DNA of 63,516 nucleotides from an uncultured Candidatus Saccharibacteria bacterium (GTDB lineage Bacteria > Patescibacteriota > Minisyncoccia > Phycocordibacterales > UBA9973): the NCBI GenBank assembly GCA_964384645.1, contig CAYLKL010000001.1, positions 70,856 through 134,371 of the forward strand, written 5' to 3'. This document shows positions 27,532 to 37,379 of the stretch, in pieces. The notes beneath the pieces were generated by a model. The model saw only the letters and a program-made list of their open reading frames with translations. It ran no database searches and was not told where the DNA came from. Both the position numbers and the translations under genes were made by a program. Numbering within the stretch: position 1 is the first letter of the stretch; each line of letters begins with the position of its first letter.

Positions 27532-28104
27532 CTACCTCCTTAGAGGAAACGCTTTTTGCAATTCAACAAACTCACGTTGAACTTGAAGTTTTACATCAAA
27601 TGAAAAAAGAAATTTTTTACCTTCTTCAATATAGACAAGGCTTTTTTCCAGATCGCGTTGAGCTTTATCGTTAACAGAGTAGCTTAAATTAATTATCCAA
27701 TTATCATTTTTGTTTCTTTTGTACCACAAAAAATTTGTAATAAATCCATTTCTATCAAAAACAATTGTTTTCAAATCGTTTGTTGTGTCGGGGAAATTCC
27801 AAAAGAATTCAAAGCTTGAAGGATAAAGAATCCCAAAAACAGAAACTTCCACAGTACCACCTTCTGAAGTTTTAGCTTCTATTTTTAAATTTGCTCGCGC
27901 AATTGGATTTTCCAAACCCCAAGACTTCCGATCTGCATCTGTAAACGGAAAGAAGTTGGTTTTGTCATTGGAAACTTCCTCAAAAAACTTCCTTGAGTCT
28001 CTCACGTCAAAGACTTGGATACACCTCTGGTATTGGCAATCTTGAGCTTGCGCCCAATTCAAGCTGGCAATAAAGCCTAGCAAGATAAGAAGATTTTTTT
28101 TCAT
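27532..28104 (-). CDS. Secreted hypothetical protein
   Basis: Signal peptide ending WAQA-Q, upstream TTGACA promoter. Confidence 0.7.
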   Translation of the reverse strand: MKKNLLILLGFIASLNWAQAQDCQYQRCIQVFDVRDSRKFFEEVSNDKTNFFPFTDADRKSWGLENPIARANLKIEAKTSEGGTVEVSVFGILYPSSFEFFWNFPDTTNDLKTIVFDRNGFITNFLWYKRNKNDNWIINLSYSVNDKAQRDLEKSLVYIEEGKKFLFSFDVKLQVQREFVELQKAFPLRR

Positions 28105-28184
28105 ATGCTATTTATTTTTTAGGTTTATCTATCTTTAAAATTACATTTTTTATTAACTTTGTCAAATTATGCTAAAATCAATCA

Positions 28185-29112
28185 ATGCCGGAATTACCCG
28201 AAGTCCACACAACAACCCTTGGAGTCAATGCAGTCTTGAAAGGACGCACTTTTTTGGATGTTTGGACAAGTCTCAATTCTAACGACAAAAGACAGCTCGA
28301 TACAATAAAGAATCCCCTCTTTTTCAAAAAACTCCAAAAAGAAATAAAAGGTAAAAAAATTTTTAAAAGCAGAGCGTGTTGGAAAAAATATTCTAATCCA
28401 TCTATCTGAAAGTAAAACGATCTTAGTTCACATGAAAATGACTGGGCACTTGATGTACGGGAAATATGAATATGATAAAAAAAATAATTCTTGGAATCCA
28501 CACATAGCTGAAAAAAATGAAAAGCTTCGTGATCCGTACAACAGATTTGTTCGTGTAGTTTTTATTTTAGACAACAAAATGCATTTAGTTTTTTGTGATA
28601 CTAGAAAATTTGGGAAAATTACAATTTTAAATACAGACGATATAGAAAATTCAAAACATTTAAACACATTAGGTATCGATGCACTTTCAAAAGACCTAAA
28701 TGCTAAAAAGTTTGGAGAATTATTAAACACGCGTCCAAATGGAAAAATTAAAAGCGTCTTACTTGATCAAACAAAAATTGCAGGTATTGGAAACATATAT
28801 TCAGATGAAGCACTTTGGCTTTCTTCTATTCACCCACTTTCGACTGTTTCAAAAATACCTAGTAATATTATTACTGAATTATACAAAGCAACGGTAAAAG
28901 TTTTAGAAAAAGGAATTGATTTTGGCGGAGACTCAACAAGTGACTATCGAAACATTCATGGAGAACATGGAAAATTTCACCACGCTCACAATGTCTACAG
29001 ACTTAAGGGAGAAAAATGTAAAAAGAAAAATTGCGAAGGAGTAATAGAGCGCTTAGTTATCGGCGGACGAAGTGCTCACTTTTGCCCAAAGCACCAAAAA
29101 ATATTTAAATAA
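28185..29112 (+). pseudogene. mutM: Formamidopyrimidine-DNA glycosylase, frameshifted at about 28360
   Basis: MPELPEV N-terminus, HMKMTG, GIGNIYSDEAL and zinc finger. Removing one base in A7-T5-A4 (28353-28368) restores KKILKAERVGKNILIHL. Confidence 0.88.
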
Positions 29113-29162
29113 TTCTTACTTTATAACTTTCAACTTTATAACTTTTTACTTATACTATATTT

Positions 29163-29324
29163 ATGGCAGATAAACCAAAAGCACCAGACGCAATGAAGGA
29201 TCTAAAAAACCTTTTACTAATACTTATTGGTATCTTTTTCTTGTGGTATTTAACTGGCGGATACGAAAGAGCTCAAAATCTAGAAAGTCCTTACCTAAAT
29301 TTAAATACTTCTTCTATTTCTTAA
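29163..29324 (+). CDS. 53-aa single-TM protein (not in ORF track)
   Basis: MADKPKAPDAMKDLKNLLLILIGIFFLWYLTGGYERAQ..., with TATACT 6 nt upstream. Confidence 0.6.
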   Translation: MADKPKAPDAMKDLKNLLLILIGIFFLWYLTGGYERAQNLESPYLNLNTSSIS

Positions 29325-29799
29325 GTATTGAAAAAAGCGCAATACCTGTTGCCACAGAAACATTGAGAGATTCTTTGTCTCCCGCCATTGGTATTTCTAT
29401 TATTTCATCGCTTTGTTTTTGTGTCTCCGCTGAAATTCCACTCACCTCATTACCTGCAATCAAGGCAATTTTTTCTTTTATTTTTAAATCTCGATAGTCA
29501 ATAGAGTTTTCATTTTGTTCGAGTGAAACAATTTTATAATCATCTTTTTTTAATTTCTCTATAACGTCACCAATATTTTCAAAATGCTCCCATGGTATGT
29601 TTTTTTCTGCCCCGAGTGATGCTTTATTTATTTTTGGATTCGGTCTACCAAAACGATCAACGGGATTAGGTGTTATGCCGATAAGATAAATTCTCTCTAC
29701 CCCTCCTGCGTCAGCGGTACGAAAAATAGACCCGACATTTTCGGAACTACGGATGTTATCGAGGATTAGGGTTATTTTAACTTTGATTTTATTGTTCAT
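29314..29799 (-). CDS. TrmH/SpoU family RNA methyltransferase
   Basis: LDNIRSSENVGSIFRTAD, GNEVSG, IPMAGDKESLNVSVA. Confidence 0.93.
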   Translation of the reverse strand: MNNKIKVKITLILDNIRSSENVGSIFRTADAGGVERIYLIGITPNPVDRFGRPNPKINKASLGAEKNIPWEHFENIGDVIEKLKKDDYKIVSLEQNENSIDYRDLKIKEKIALIAGNEVSGISAETQKQSDEIIEIPMAGDKESLNVSVATGIALFSILKK

Positions 29800-29844
29800 A
29801 TATGTTATTTTAACACTACCAATTTCCGTATTTGGAAATTAGAT

Positions 29845-29917
29845 CCGCCCATAGCTCAGCCGGTAGAGCAGCTCCCTTTTAAGGAGAAGGTCCTAGGTTC
29901 GATTCCTAGTGGGCGGA
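29845..29917 (+). tRNA. tRNA-Lys(TTT)
   Basis: ctcc-ct TTT aa-ggag arm, acceptor CCGCCCA/TGGGCGG. Confidence 0.95.
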
Positions 29918-30061
29918 CATTGAGAGAAAATAAGAAATGCTTCTTATTTTCGATACATGTCCGTGCCAGAACGTTGTTTTTGTTTTATGAAATAAAGGCA
30001 AAAACCGTGAGGCGGGCTCGCGAGAAAATTCTGTCAGGAATTTTACTTGTGAGGACAAATA

Positions 30062-31189
30062 TTAATGCCCATGCGAATGAACGTGGCTGTGCCCTTTGCC
30101 TTTATACCCCTTAAGATATATTGTGGCAAAAAATGTTACAACTGGCACAGTTAATATGAGTCCGACGCTTCCCACTATTGCTCTTATTATTTCAGTGGCA
30201 AAAACTTCAGAATTTACTGACATTAATAGAGTTGAAGGTGATGCATAAAAGTACAAAAGTACAGGCAATGCCGATCCTGTGTACGCCAAAACCAATGTAT
30301 TAACCAACGCACTTACATGTTCTCGCCCTATTCTAATGGCTCTTTTGTAAACTTCTCTTCTGGTTAGATTTGGATTAGCGTTAAATAATTCTGTAACCAC
30401 TGCTGATTGAGTGACTGCAATATCATCTAAAACACCAAGAACTCCAATAATTATTGCCCCCAAAAGAAGGCCCTTAAAATCAAGAGATCCTTGTGTGTTG
30501 AAATTTAGATAGACAGATTCTTCTGTCGCAAAACCTGAAAGATTGTTTAAATCAACCGCTAAATAGGCCAAGACTCCAGTTAAAGCCACGGCAAACATTG
30601 TTCCAAAATAAGAAACAGCTGACTCTCTATTAAATCCGTGAGTAAAAAAGATTGCAACAAAAAGTATAATTCCTGCAACTAAAATACTAGAAAGCACGGG
30701 CGACCACCCAGCCAAAAGCCCAGGCATCAAAACATAAAAAAGTGCAAAAAAACTTCCCGCCAATGCCATAAGAGACCTTACCCCCTGAAATCCACCAAAA
30801 ATTATAACAACAAAAACAAAGAATATAATAAAGAAAATCAAAGTATGCATTCGGTAGAAATCTTTTACTTGAAAAAATCCTCTTCCTTCTAATGTTAGAA
30901 AATAATCAAAAAATAATTTATCACCCTTTCTAAGCTTTAAATAATCATCTTTTATAATAATCACTTCTTTAGCTCTGGGCCCATTTAAAATTTCTACTTT
31001 TATAGACTGAAGCTTTTCGTTTGTTTCAGTTCCTTCTATTTCAACAGACTCAACAGACAAAACCTCCAAGACTTTACCCTTCCAAGTAGCTTGATACTCA
31101 TCATAAGCCTCTTGGGCAAATGTTGTATTTGTCGAAAAAGCACAAACCAAAAAGACAGCTAAAGTAAAAATTTTTTTGAAGATATTCAT
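30062..31189 (-). CDS. YibE/F family membrane protein with His-rich tail
   Basis: IGVLGVLDDIAVTQ, GREHVSALVNTLVLAYTG, and C-terminal GHSHVHSHGH. Confidence 0.9.
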   Translation of the reverse strand: MNIFKKIFTLAVFLVCAFSTNTTFAQEAYDEYQATWKGKVLEVLSVESVEIEGTETNEKLQSIKVEILNGPRAKEVIIIKDDYLKLRKGDKLFFDYFLTLEGRGFFQVKDFYRMHTLIFFIIFFVFVVIIFGGFQGVRSLMALAGSFFALFYVLMPGLLAGWSPVLSSILVAGIILFVAIFFTHGFNRESAVSYFGTMFAVALTGVLAYLAVDLNNLSGFATEESVYLNFNTQGSLDFKGLLLGAIIIGVLGVLDDIAVTQSAVVTELFNANPNLTRREVYKRAIRIGREHVSALVNTLVLAYTGSALPVLLYFYASPSTLLMSVNSEVFATEIIRAIVGSVGLILTVPVVTFFATIYLKGYKGKGHSHVHSHGH

Positions 31190-31250
31190 ACTCTAATCTT
31201 ATAATTTAAAAAAATAATGTCTAATAAAAAAGCGCCTTACTAAGGCGCTT

Positions 31251-31916
31251 TTAGTGACCGATGTGTAAAAAATTAAGAACAAAAACAAGAATTGACCCAA
31301 AAATAAGGAACCCCATTTTTATTCTTCCGCCATGATGTTTGATGTAATAAAACAAATCAGTCGCAACTGCTACAAACAATGCACCAGAAACCAAATGCCC
31401 CAATCCTTCGTACTCACCAATTGAGATAAACGATGAAAAAACAAAACCTAAAAATATACCCAAGACCGAAACACCAAAAACAGAAAGTAGTGCTATTTTC
31501 TTTGGGAAAGACATTGCCCTTAGGACATTATAAAGAACTGTAGTTCTTATGATTTCGTGACCCAAAATAGCCAACAACAAAATAGTACCTTCTGCAATCG
31601 ATACAGAAAAACCTTCGTGAACAATTGATCCATCAAAAAATGTGTGAACCAAACTACCAACAACTACAATGACCAAAAACCAAACATCTTTAGCATCATC
31701 AACATGATCATGAGTGCAAAAAGACAAGTGCTTTGCCAAAGATCTACCAATTAAAAAACCGGCAACAATAAATAGCAAAGAAATCAAAATAGAATCTACT
31801 GAAAAAGCAGACTCTTCTATTTCATGCCAAAAACTAGAAACAGAGATTGTGGCAAGAAACCCCAACCCTAAGGATGACATGTTTAGAAATTTAAATTTTT
31901 TTGTTTTTTGTTCCAT
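31251..31916 (-). CDS. ZIP-like divalent metal transporter
   Basis: CTHDHVDD loop, HTFFDG, and LAILGHEI. Confidence 0.75.
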   Translation of the reverse strand: MEQKTKKFKFLNMSSLGLGFLATISVSSFWHEIEESAFSVDSILISLLFIVAGFLIGRSLAKHLSFCTHDHVDDAKDVWFLVIVVVGSLVHTFFDGSIVHEGFSVSIAEGTILLLAILGHEIIRTTVLYNVLRAMSFPKKIALLSVFGVSVLGIFLGFVFSSFISIGEYEGLGHLVSGALFVAVATDLFYYIKHHGGRIKMGFLIFGSILVFVLNFLHIGH

Positions 31917-31950
31917 AATTTTCTATTTTTAAAAAGATTATCACCAATCT

Positions 31951-31975
31951 AATTGCAAGTCAATTGCATTTGCAA
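31951..31975. promoter_or_regulatory. Candidate Fur/Zur-family operator
   Basis: TTGCAA-gtcaa-TTGCAT dyad plus an extra TTGCAA between the divergent ZIP and Fur genes. Confidence 0.55.
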
Positions 31976-32004
31976 AAAAAGCACCTCTACCCTAAAATAG
32001 TGAG

Positions 32005-32430
32005 ATGGAAACAAGTCTCCGGGAAAAATTGAAAAAAGCAGGAATGAAAGCCACTTCTCAAAAACTGGCAATTCTTAATATTTTTGCCAACAACCACAAA
32101 CCACTATCCATCAAAGAAATTATGGAGAAAATAAAAATAAAAATCGAAGAGTCTACCGTCTATAGATCTATAGATCAGATGGTAAGCGCCAACATTCTAA
32201 CAATGGTTCAACTTAAAAAAGACTCAGCGCTTTATGAATTAAATGACCCCGAGAACCACCACCATCATATTCTTTGTAAGATTTGTGAAAAAATAGAAGA
32301 CGTTCACAGTTGCAATATGGCAGATTTTCAAAACAATATACTTAAAAAATCTAAACATTTTTCAGATATAAAAAGCCATTCTCTAGAATTTTTTGGTGTT
32401 TGTAAAAATTGCTCAAAAAACTCTAAATAA
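32005..32430 (+). CDS. Fur-family regulator (Zur-like)
   Basis: STVYR, HHHHILCKIC and GVCKNC. Confidence 0.92.
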   Translation: METSLREKLKKAGMKATSQKLAILNIFANNHKPLSIKEIMEKIKIKIEESTVYRSIDQMVSANILTMVQLKKDSALYELNDPENHHHHILCKICEKIEDVHSCNMADFQNNILKKSKHFSDIKSHSLEFFGVCKNCSKNSK

Positions 32431-32454
32431 GACAAAATCCTTAAACTTGATATA

Positions 32455-32847
32455 ATGCCAGATATGGAAAAAAAGAAAATAATATATACAATAATTTTTA
32501 TAATAATAGGTATTGGACTAGCGGTTTTTTTAAGCATGTATCAAAGTAAAGGTTCTGGAAAATATGACGAGCTTGCCCAGTGCGTAAAAGATAGTGGTGC
32601 AAAATTCTACGGTGCTTTTTGGTGCCCCCACTGTGCAGATCAAAAAAGATTATTTGGTCAATCAGCAAAATTACTTCCTTACATAGAATGTTCAAATCCT
32701 GATAGATCTCAAAATCAAACCTGTGTTGATGCAAAAATTACAGGATACCCAACTTGGGAATTTAAAGATGGAACAAGAAGAGTTGAAACAATCGAACCAG
32801 AAAAATTAGCGGAACTAACTCAGTGCTCTCTTCCAGCAACAGAATAA
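32455..32847 (+). CDS. Membrane-anchored thioredoxin-like protein (VKOR/DsbB partner type)
   Basis: FYGAFWCPHC, YIECS and ITGYPTW. Confidence 0.88.
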   Translation: MPDMEKKKIIYTIIFIIIGIGLAVFLSMYQSKGSGKYDELAQCVKDSGAKFYGAFWCPHCADQKRLFGQSAKLLPYIECSNPDRSQNQTCVDAKITGYPTWEFKDGTRRVETIEPEKLAELTQCSLPATE

Positions 32848-32853
32848 TAAAAA

Positions 32854-33393
32854 ATGCCGGAATGGATTTTAATTTCTAATAAGATAATGGCGAGCGGTGT
32901 TTTAATACTGCAGTTTATTTCTTTGTATATAATTTTTTCTCTACTCATAAAAAAAGATCCAATTGGAATCTCAACTTTGGTTGGAAAATATTTTAAAGAA
33001 GTTGGTATAACGATTTCTTTAATGTCTATGGCTTTGTCATTATTTTATTCAGAAGTTATTGGATTTCCTCCATGCAAACTTTGTGTCGTTCAAAGATTTC
33101 TTATGTATCCACAATTGTTGTTTTTCATAATTGCAAAATACAGTCCAAAAAATATTTTTATAAAAATTCCCGTTGCGCTTTCTGTTATTGGATTTTTTGT
33201 TTCAATATTTCACTACTTAGTAGAACTTGGAATTTTTTCTAGTTCACTCATCTGCGGAGCAACAGGGCCATCATGTGCAGAAAGATATGTATTTGAGTTT
33301 GGGTATATTTCAATTCCTATGATGGCGTTTGCTGGTTTTACCTTTATTTTACTTGCCTTTTTTGCCAACAAAAGGTTTTCCCCAACAAAATAA
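32854..33393 (+). CDS. dsbB: Disulfide bond formation protein B
   Basis: SLFYSEV.GFPPCKLC..QR..MYP, HY, C-x5-C, and FGYISIPMMA. Confidence 0.9.
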   Translation: MPEWILISNKIMASGVLILQFISLYIIFSLLIKKDPIGISTLVGKYFKEVGITISLMSMALSLFYSEVIGFPPCKLCVVQRFLMYPQLLFFIIAKYSPKNIFIKIPVALSVIGFFVSIFHYLVELGIFSSSLICGATGPSCAERYVFEFGYISIPMMAFAGFTFILLAFFANKRFSPTK

Positions 33394-33426
33394 AACTAAC
33401 TCTTAAAAAAGTTTGTATAATAAATA

Positions 33427-33625
33427 CGAGCCACATTTAAAGCGAACGCGAAAATTCCTTGTCCAGAATAATAGGACTAATAAAATTTCGTTGATTCCCT
33501 TCATCTGTATTTGTTCCTTCAAAAGAATCTGCCCTCGTTGCACTTTTTACAAACCAATAAAACTCGTCTGTTTAACAGACAACAATCTATAAAAGCCCTC
33601 ATTTTTTTGGAGGGCTTTTCTTTTT
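33427..33625 (+). ncRNA. Candidate structured ncRNA between convergent genes
   Basis: TGTATAAT at about 33414-33421, several hairpins, and terminator aaaagccctc...gagggctttt at about 33591-33620. No credible ORF. Confidence 0.35.
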
Positions 33626-33640
33626 GTCTTTATTTTAAAT

Positions 33641-34330
33641 TTAAAAAATTTTTTTTAGAAGAAAATTTTCAAGAACAACGTTTGTGTCTGTTCCTTTAAA
33701 TCTTGAGTCACTCAAAAGAAAAGTTAATTCTTTATAAATTTCTTTTGTCCTATTTTGCCCGATAACATTTTGAGCATTCTTAAGACCGCTAACAACATAT
33801 GGATTTATTCCGTGATTAAATTTTTCTTTTTGACTTTGCTCATACAAATATAAATTTTTAAAAAACCACAACAATCCTCCGTGAATACTTTCGGCCGACT
33901 CCCCCATTTCTAAACTTTCTAAAAAATTTAACCAAACCTTTTTTTTATCACCCGCTGAAATTGCATTTGTAATTTTAAAAACTGCCGGAGTTTCTTTTTT
34001 TTCAAATTGAACTTTTTCTTTTACAGAAACAATTTCTGCTTTTAGTTTTTCTAAAACTTTTGTAAACACAACTGCCTCTTTACCAAAAAGAAAAAACTGG
34101 TTTGTGCTTTTGGAAATTGAGTCCAAAATATCTTTAGGAAATTCACTTGCATCGTCACCAGAAAAAACAACCTGCATGGTATCGCCGAATAAACTTTTTG
34201 AATCAAGATACACGCGCCAATTTGAATCATCAATTGCAAAAGAAATTGGCAGTGTTTTAATTTTGCCAATTTCTTTTAAAAGTTCGTTTCTCGCCAAATC
34301 TAAATTTTTTGAAATATAAATCTTTATCAT
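33641..34330 (-). CDS. DNA polymerase III delta subunit (HolA)-like
   Basis: SKSLFG, VFKITNAIS.GDKKKVW, and NPYVV. Confidence 0.65.
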   Translation of the reverse strand: MIKIYISKNLDLARNELLKEIGKIKTLPISFAIDDSNWRVYLDSKSLFGDTMQVVFSGDDASEFPKDILDSISKSTNQFFLFGKEAVVFTKVLEKLKAEIVSVKEKVQFEKKETPAVFKITNAISAGDKKKVWLNFLESLEMGESAESIHGGLLWFFKNLYLYEQSQKEKFNHGINPYVVSGLKNAQNVIGQNRTKEIYKELTFLLSDSRFKGTDTNVVLENFLLKKIF

Positions 34331-34797
34331 ATTCTAACTTTCTTTTTGTAGTGCCTATATGCTTCTCCGTATTTTTCTTCCAACATTTTCTCTTCTTTTT
34401 TTATAAAAACAATCTTTGTAAAAACAAAAGCAATAATAGAAGTAAGTGCAACAACAAAAGAGTTGTCTAATACGGCCATACCAGCACAAAGTAAAAATAC
34501 ACCCAAATGAGTCGGTGATCTATAAAACTTATACGGACCTGTCGCGAAACCTTGTTTAGAAATTTCTATATCATCATGACCTCTTTTTGACTTTGTTTTT
34601 CTTGAAGATTGCTGAGCCCAAAAAACCAAAATTGTACCCAAAATAAGCACAGTAAAGCCTAGATCATTTTTAACTTCTGGAAACAAATTTACATCCCAAA
34701 AAAGAGAAAGTAATAATCCAACCAAGATAAATAGAAAAAATACAAAATAAGACCGAGCAAGAACTTCGTGTATACTTTTGAATATTTTTTCTTCCAT
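34327..34797 (-). CDS. ICMT/phospholipid methyltransferase family membrane protein
   Basis: TGPYKFYRSPTHLG and EEKMLEEKYGEAYRHYKKKV. Confidence 0.8.
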   Translation of the reverse strand: MEEKIFKSIHEVLARSYFVFFLFILVGLLLSLFWDVNLFPEVKNDLGFTVLILGTILVFWAQQSSRKTKSKRGHDDIEISKQGFATGPYKFYRSPTHLGVFLLCAGMAVLDNSFVVALTSIIAFVFTKIVFIKKEEKMLEEKYGEAYRHYKKKVRI

Positions 34798-34801
34798 AAA
34801 A

Positions 34802-37225
34802 TTATCTTATCACAATCTCTTTTAGCTCGCCCAAGCTTTTGCCACTATACGCATTTACCACCAACGGGACGTCTGTTTTTAGTGCTAAAAACGATCTTGG
34901 AAGAACTTCTTCCATAGCTTTTTTGACTACACTTACAAGTATGTCTATCTCAGAATCATCTACCTCAAAAACTATTTCGTCATGGATTTGAAGTATTAAC
35001 TTTGCACTTTTTATTCCAGCTTTTCTTATATCTTCCATCGCAAAACGGATTGAAAGCTTCATAATATCAGCTGAAGTCCCCTGGATCGGTGCATTTGTCG
35101 CCATCCTTTCAGCAAAAGCTCGCAAGAAAGGAATTTTTGATTTTATATCTTTAAAAAACCTTTTTCTCCCAAACAAAGTCTCCGTGAAACCATTTTGACT
35201 TGCTTCTACTTTAATATTTTCTAGAAAGTTTTTTACTCCTGGAAGTTGCTTGAAATAGTTTTCATAAAATTCCTTTGCTTCTGCAGTTGTGCAACCAATA
35301 TTTTTTCTAAGTGCCAAAACCCCCATACCGTAAATAATTCCGAAATTTATAGTTTTAGCCTTGCGACGCATATCTTTTGTTACCTCTTCTTTTGGAATCC
35401 CAAAGATTTTCATGGCAACTGTTTCGTGAATATCCTCTCTGTTTTTAAAAATCGAAACCAAAACTTCTTCGTTTGATAAAATAGCGAGCGATCGTAAATC
35501 GATCTGACTATAGTCAAAACTCACGAGAGAAGTGTTTTTCTCTGATATAAAGCCTCGTCTTATTGCCATTCCCCTTTCGCCCTTTATGGGTAAGTTTTGC
35601 AAATTTGGATTTTGCGCCGAAAATCTTCCAGTAGTTGTCCCATGCTGTAAAAATTCAGCATGAAGTCTACCGTCGGACGCAACAAGTTTTGGAATAGTGT
35701 CGATATAAGTCGAAAGCAATTTTGCGAGCTCTCTGTGTTTTAAAATATCTGCAATTATTTCATGCTCTTCTTCAAGACTCTCGAGAACTTCTTGTTTAGT
35801 TGAAAAATTACCAGATTTACCTACCGCACCCTTAGGTTTAAGGCCTAAATCTTTAAACAAGACTTCTGCCAACTGCTTTGGCGAATCGACATTAAATTCT
35901 CGTCCTGCAAATTTATAAATCCTACTCTTTAGTTCATTTAATTCTTTTGTATATTCAACAGAAAGATCTTCTAAGTATTTAGTGTTTACTTTGATACCGT
36001 TTTCAGTCATCTTGAAAATATCATCAATTATCGGCTCTTCTATTTCTTTAAATACAATTTCATTTTTCTTATCTTTCTTTATTTCTTCTTCAAAATATTT
36101 CTTTGCTTCATCCAGTGTTTTTCTCTTTGACCAAAACAACAAATCTTCTCCTGTAGAATTTGTCCTCTCAGAATCTATAACCCAAGCAATAATTGATGTT
36201 CGCAAAATATCTTCTCTTTTGTATTCCACACTAGTTTGCGGATTTATTTCTTCCACAGACAACTCTTTGTCTACACCATTTTTTCCATTTTTTATTTGCT
36301 CCCCGTTGTGAATCACTTCTCGAACTTTACCAACGAGACTCCTAAACTCAAGTTCAGAAAAAAGTTTTTCTATTTTTTCTTTTGCTGCACCGTGCGGAAA
36401 TCTCTCTGGTAAAACAAAATCAATCGGAGCATCTCGCCTAATTGTCGCAAGTGTTTTTGAAAAAATTGCCTCGTCCTCTCCTTCGGTAATCAGATTTTTA
36501 ACACGTAAAGTAAGCCCCGCTTTATCGAGTGCACCAGGATCTTTTTTTATTTTCTTATACATCTCCTCCAGTGTTCCAAATGTTTGTATCAAATTTGTAG
36601 CTGTCTTTTCACCAATCCCCCTAATTCCTGGAATATTGTCTGACGAATCACCCGCAAGGCCTTTGTAGTCAGGAACGTGTTTAGGGAGAAATCCATATCG
36701 AGACATAACATCTTCTTCCCCATACATTGCCACCTCTCCAATTCCTTTTTTGAAAGTAAAAACCTTTACTCTATTTTTTACAACAAGTTGGAATGTGTCC
36801 ATATCCCCCGAAGCGATAACTATTTCAACATCCTTCATTTCCTTATTTTCAAGGACTTGGTGCACAATTGTTCCCAAAATATCATCCGCCTCAAAACCCT
36901 CAGCTTCAAGAATTGGTATATGAAAAGCATCAAAAATCTCCCGAGATTTTATAATTTGTGCCACAAGATCGTCATCAGTCTTTTTGCGTCCCGCCTTGTA
37001 GCCGTCATATGCCTCATGCCTAAAAGTCTTTTTTGGAAGGTCGTAAGCCGCCACCATATAGTCAGGCTTTAGATCCGCTATTATCTTCATCAGCATATTG
37101 GACAGGCCGTATAGTGCCCCTGTGGGCGTCCCGTCGCCACTCTTGAAGTCAGGAACAGCATGATAGGCGCGGTGAATAATCGCATGAGAATCGAAGAGTA
37201 TAAGTCTGTCCTTTTTGGTCGCCAT
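34802..37225 (-). CDS. polA: DNA polymerase I with reduced 3'-5' exonuclease domain
   Basis: 5' nuclease (FEADD, GDSSDNIPGI) and polymerase motifs (DYSQIDLR, AKTINFGIIYG, QIHDE). Confidence 0.96.
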   Translation of the reverse strand: MATKKDRLILFDSHAIIHRAYHAVPDFKSGDGTPTGALYGLSNMLMKIIADLKPDYMVAAYDLPKKTFRHEAYDGYKAGRKKTDDDLVAQIIKSREIFDAFHIPILEAEGFEADDILGTIVHQVLENKEMKDVEIVIASGDMDTFQLVVKNRVKVFTFKKGIGEVAMYGEEDVMSRYGFLPKHVPDYKGLAGDSSDNIPGIRGIGEKTATNLIQTFGTLEEMYKKIKKDPGALDKAGLTLRVKNLITEGEDEAIFSKTLATIRRDAPIDFVLPERFPHGAAKEKIEKLFSELEFRSLVGKVREVIHNGEQIKNGKNGVDKELSVEEINPQTSVEYKREDILRTSIIAWVIDSERTNSTGEDLLFWSKRKTLDEAKKYFEEEIKKDKKNEIVFKEIEEPIIDDIFKMTENGIKVNTKYLEDLSVEYTKELNELKSRIYKFAGREFNVDSPKQLAEVLFKDLGLKPKGAVGKSGNFSTKQEVLESLEEEHEIIADILKHRELAKLLSTYIDTIPKLVASDGRLHAEFLQHGTTTGRFSAQNPNLQNLPIKGERGMAIRRGFISEKNTSLVSFDYSQIDLRSLAILSNEEVLVSIFKNREDIHETVAMKIFGIPKEEVTKDMRRKAKTINFGIIYGMGVLALRKNIGCTTAEAKEFYENYFKQLPGVKNFLENIKVEASQNGFTETLFGRKRFFKDIKSKIPFLRAFAERMATNAPIQGTSADIMKLSIRFAMEDIRKAGIKSAKLILQIHDEIVFEVDDSEIDILVSVVKKAMEEVLPRSFLALKTDVPLVVNAYSGKSLGELKEIVIR

Positions 37226-37280
37226 TAGAGAGATTATAGCAAGTATCTTAGTATGTTAGTAATTAGTATTTTAGACCTGT

Positions 37281-37308
37281 ACGGAACCATTCGCACGAAT
37301 GGTTCCGT
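37281..37308. terminator. Perfect hairpin
   Basis: cggaaccattcg-cac-gaatggttccg. Confidence 0.6.
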
Positions 37309-37379
37309 GGAATTATTGTAGGAAAATAAAAAGATCAGAATATTAATTCTGATCTTTAACTTATTGGTGAGATTTTAAA

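Noticed and set aside
33488-33512. gattcccttcatct as a tmRNA/tRNA 3' end, and gaaggaac on the minus strand as SRP RNA
   Set aside because: There is no T-loop, acceptor stem or SRP helix 8 context, and the matches are too short.
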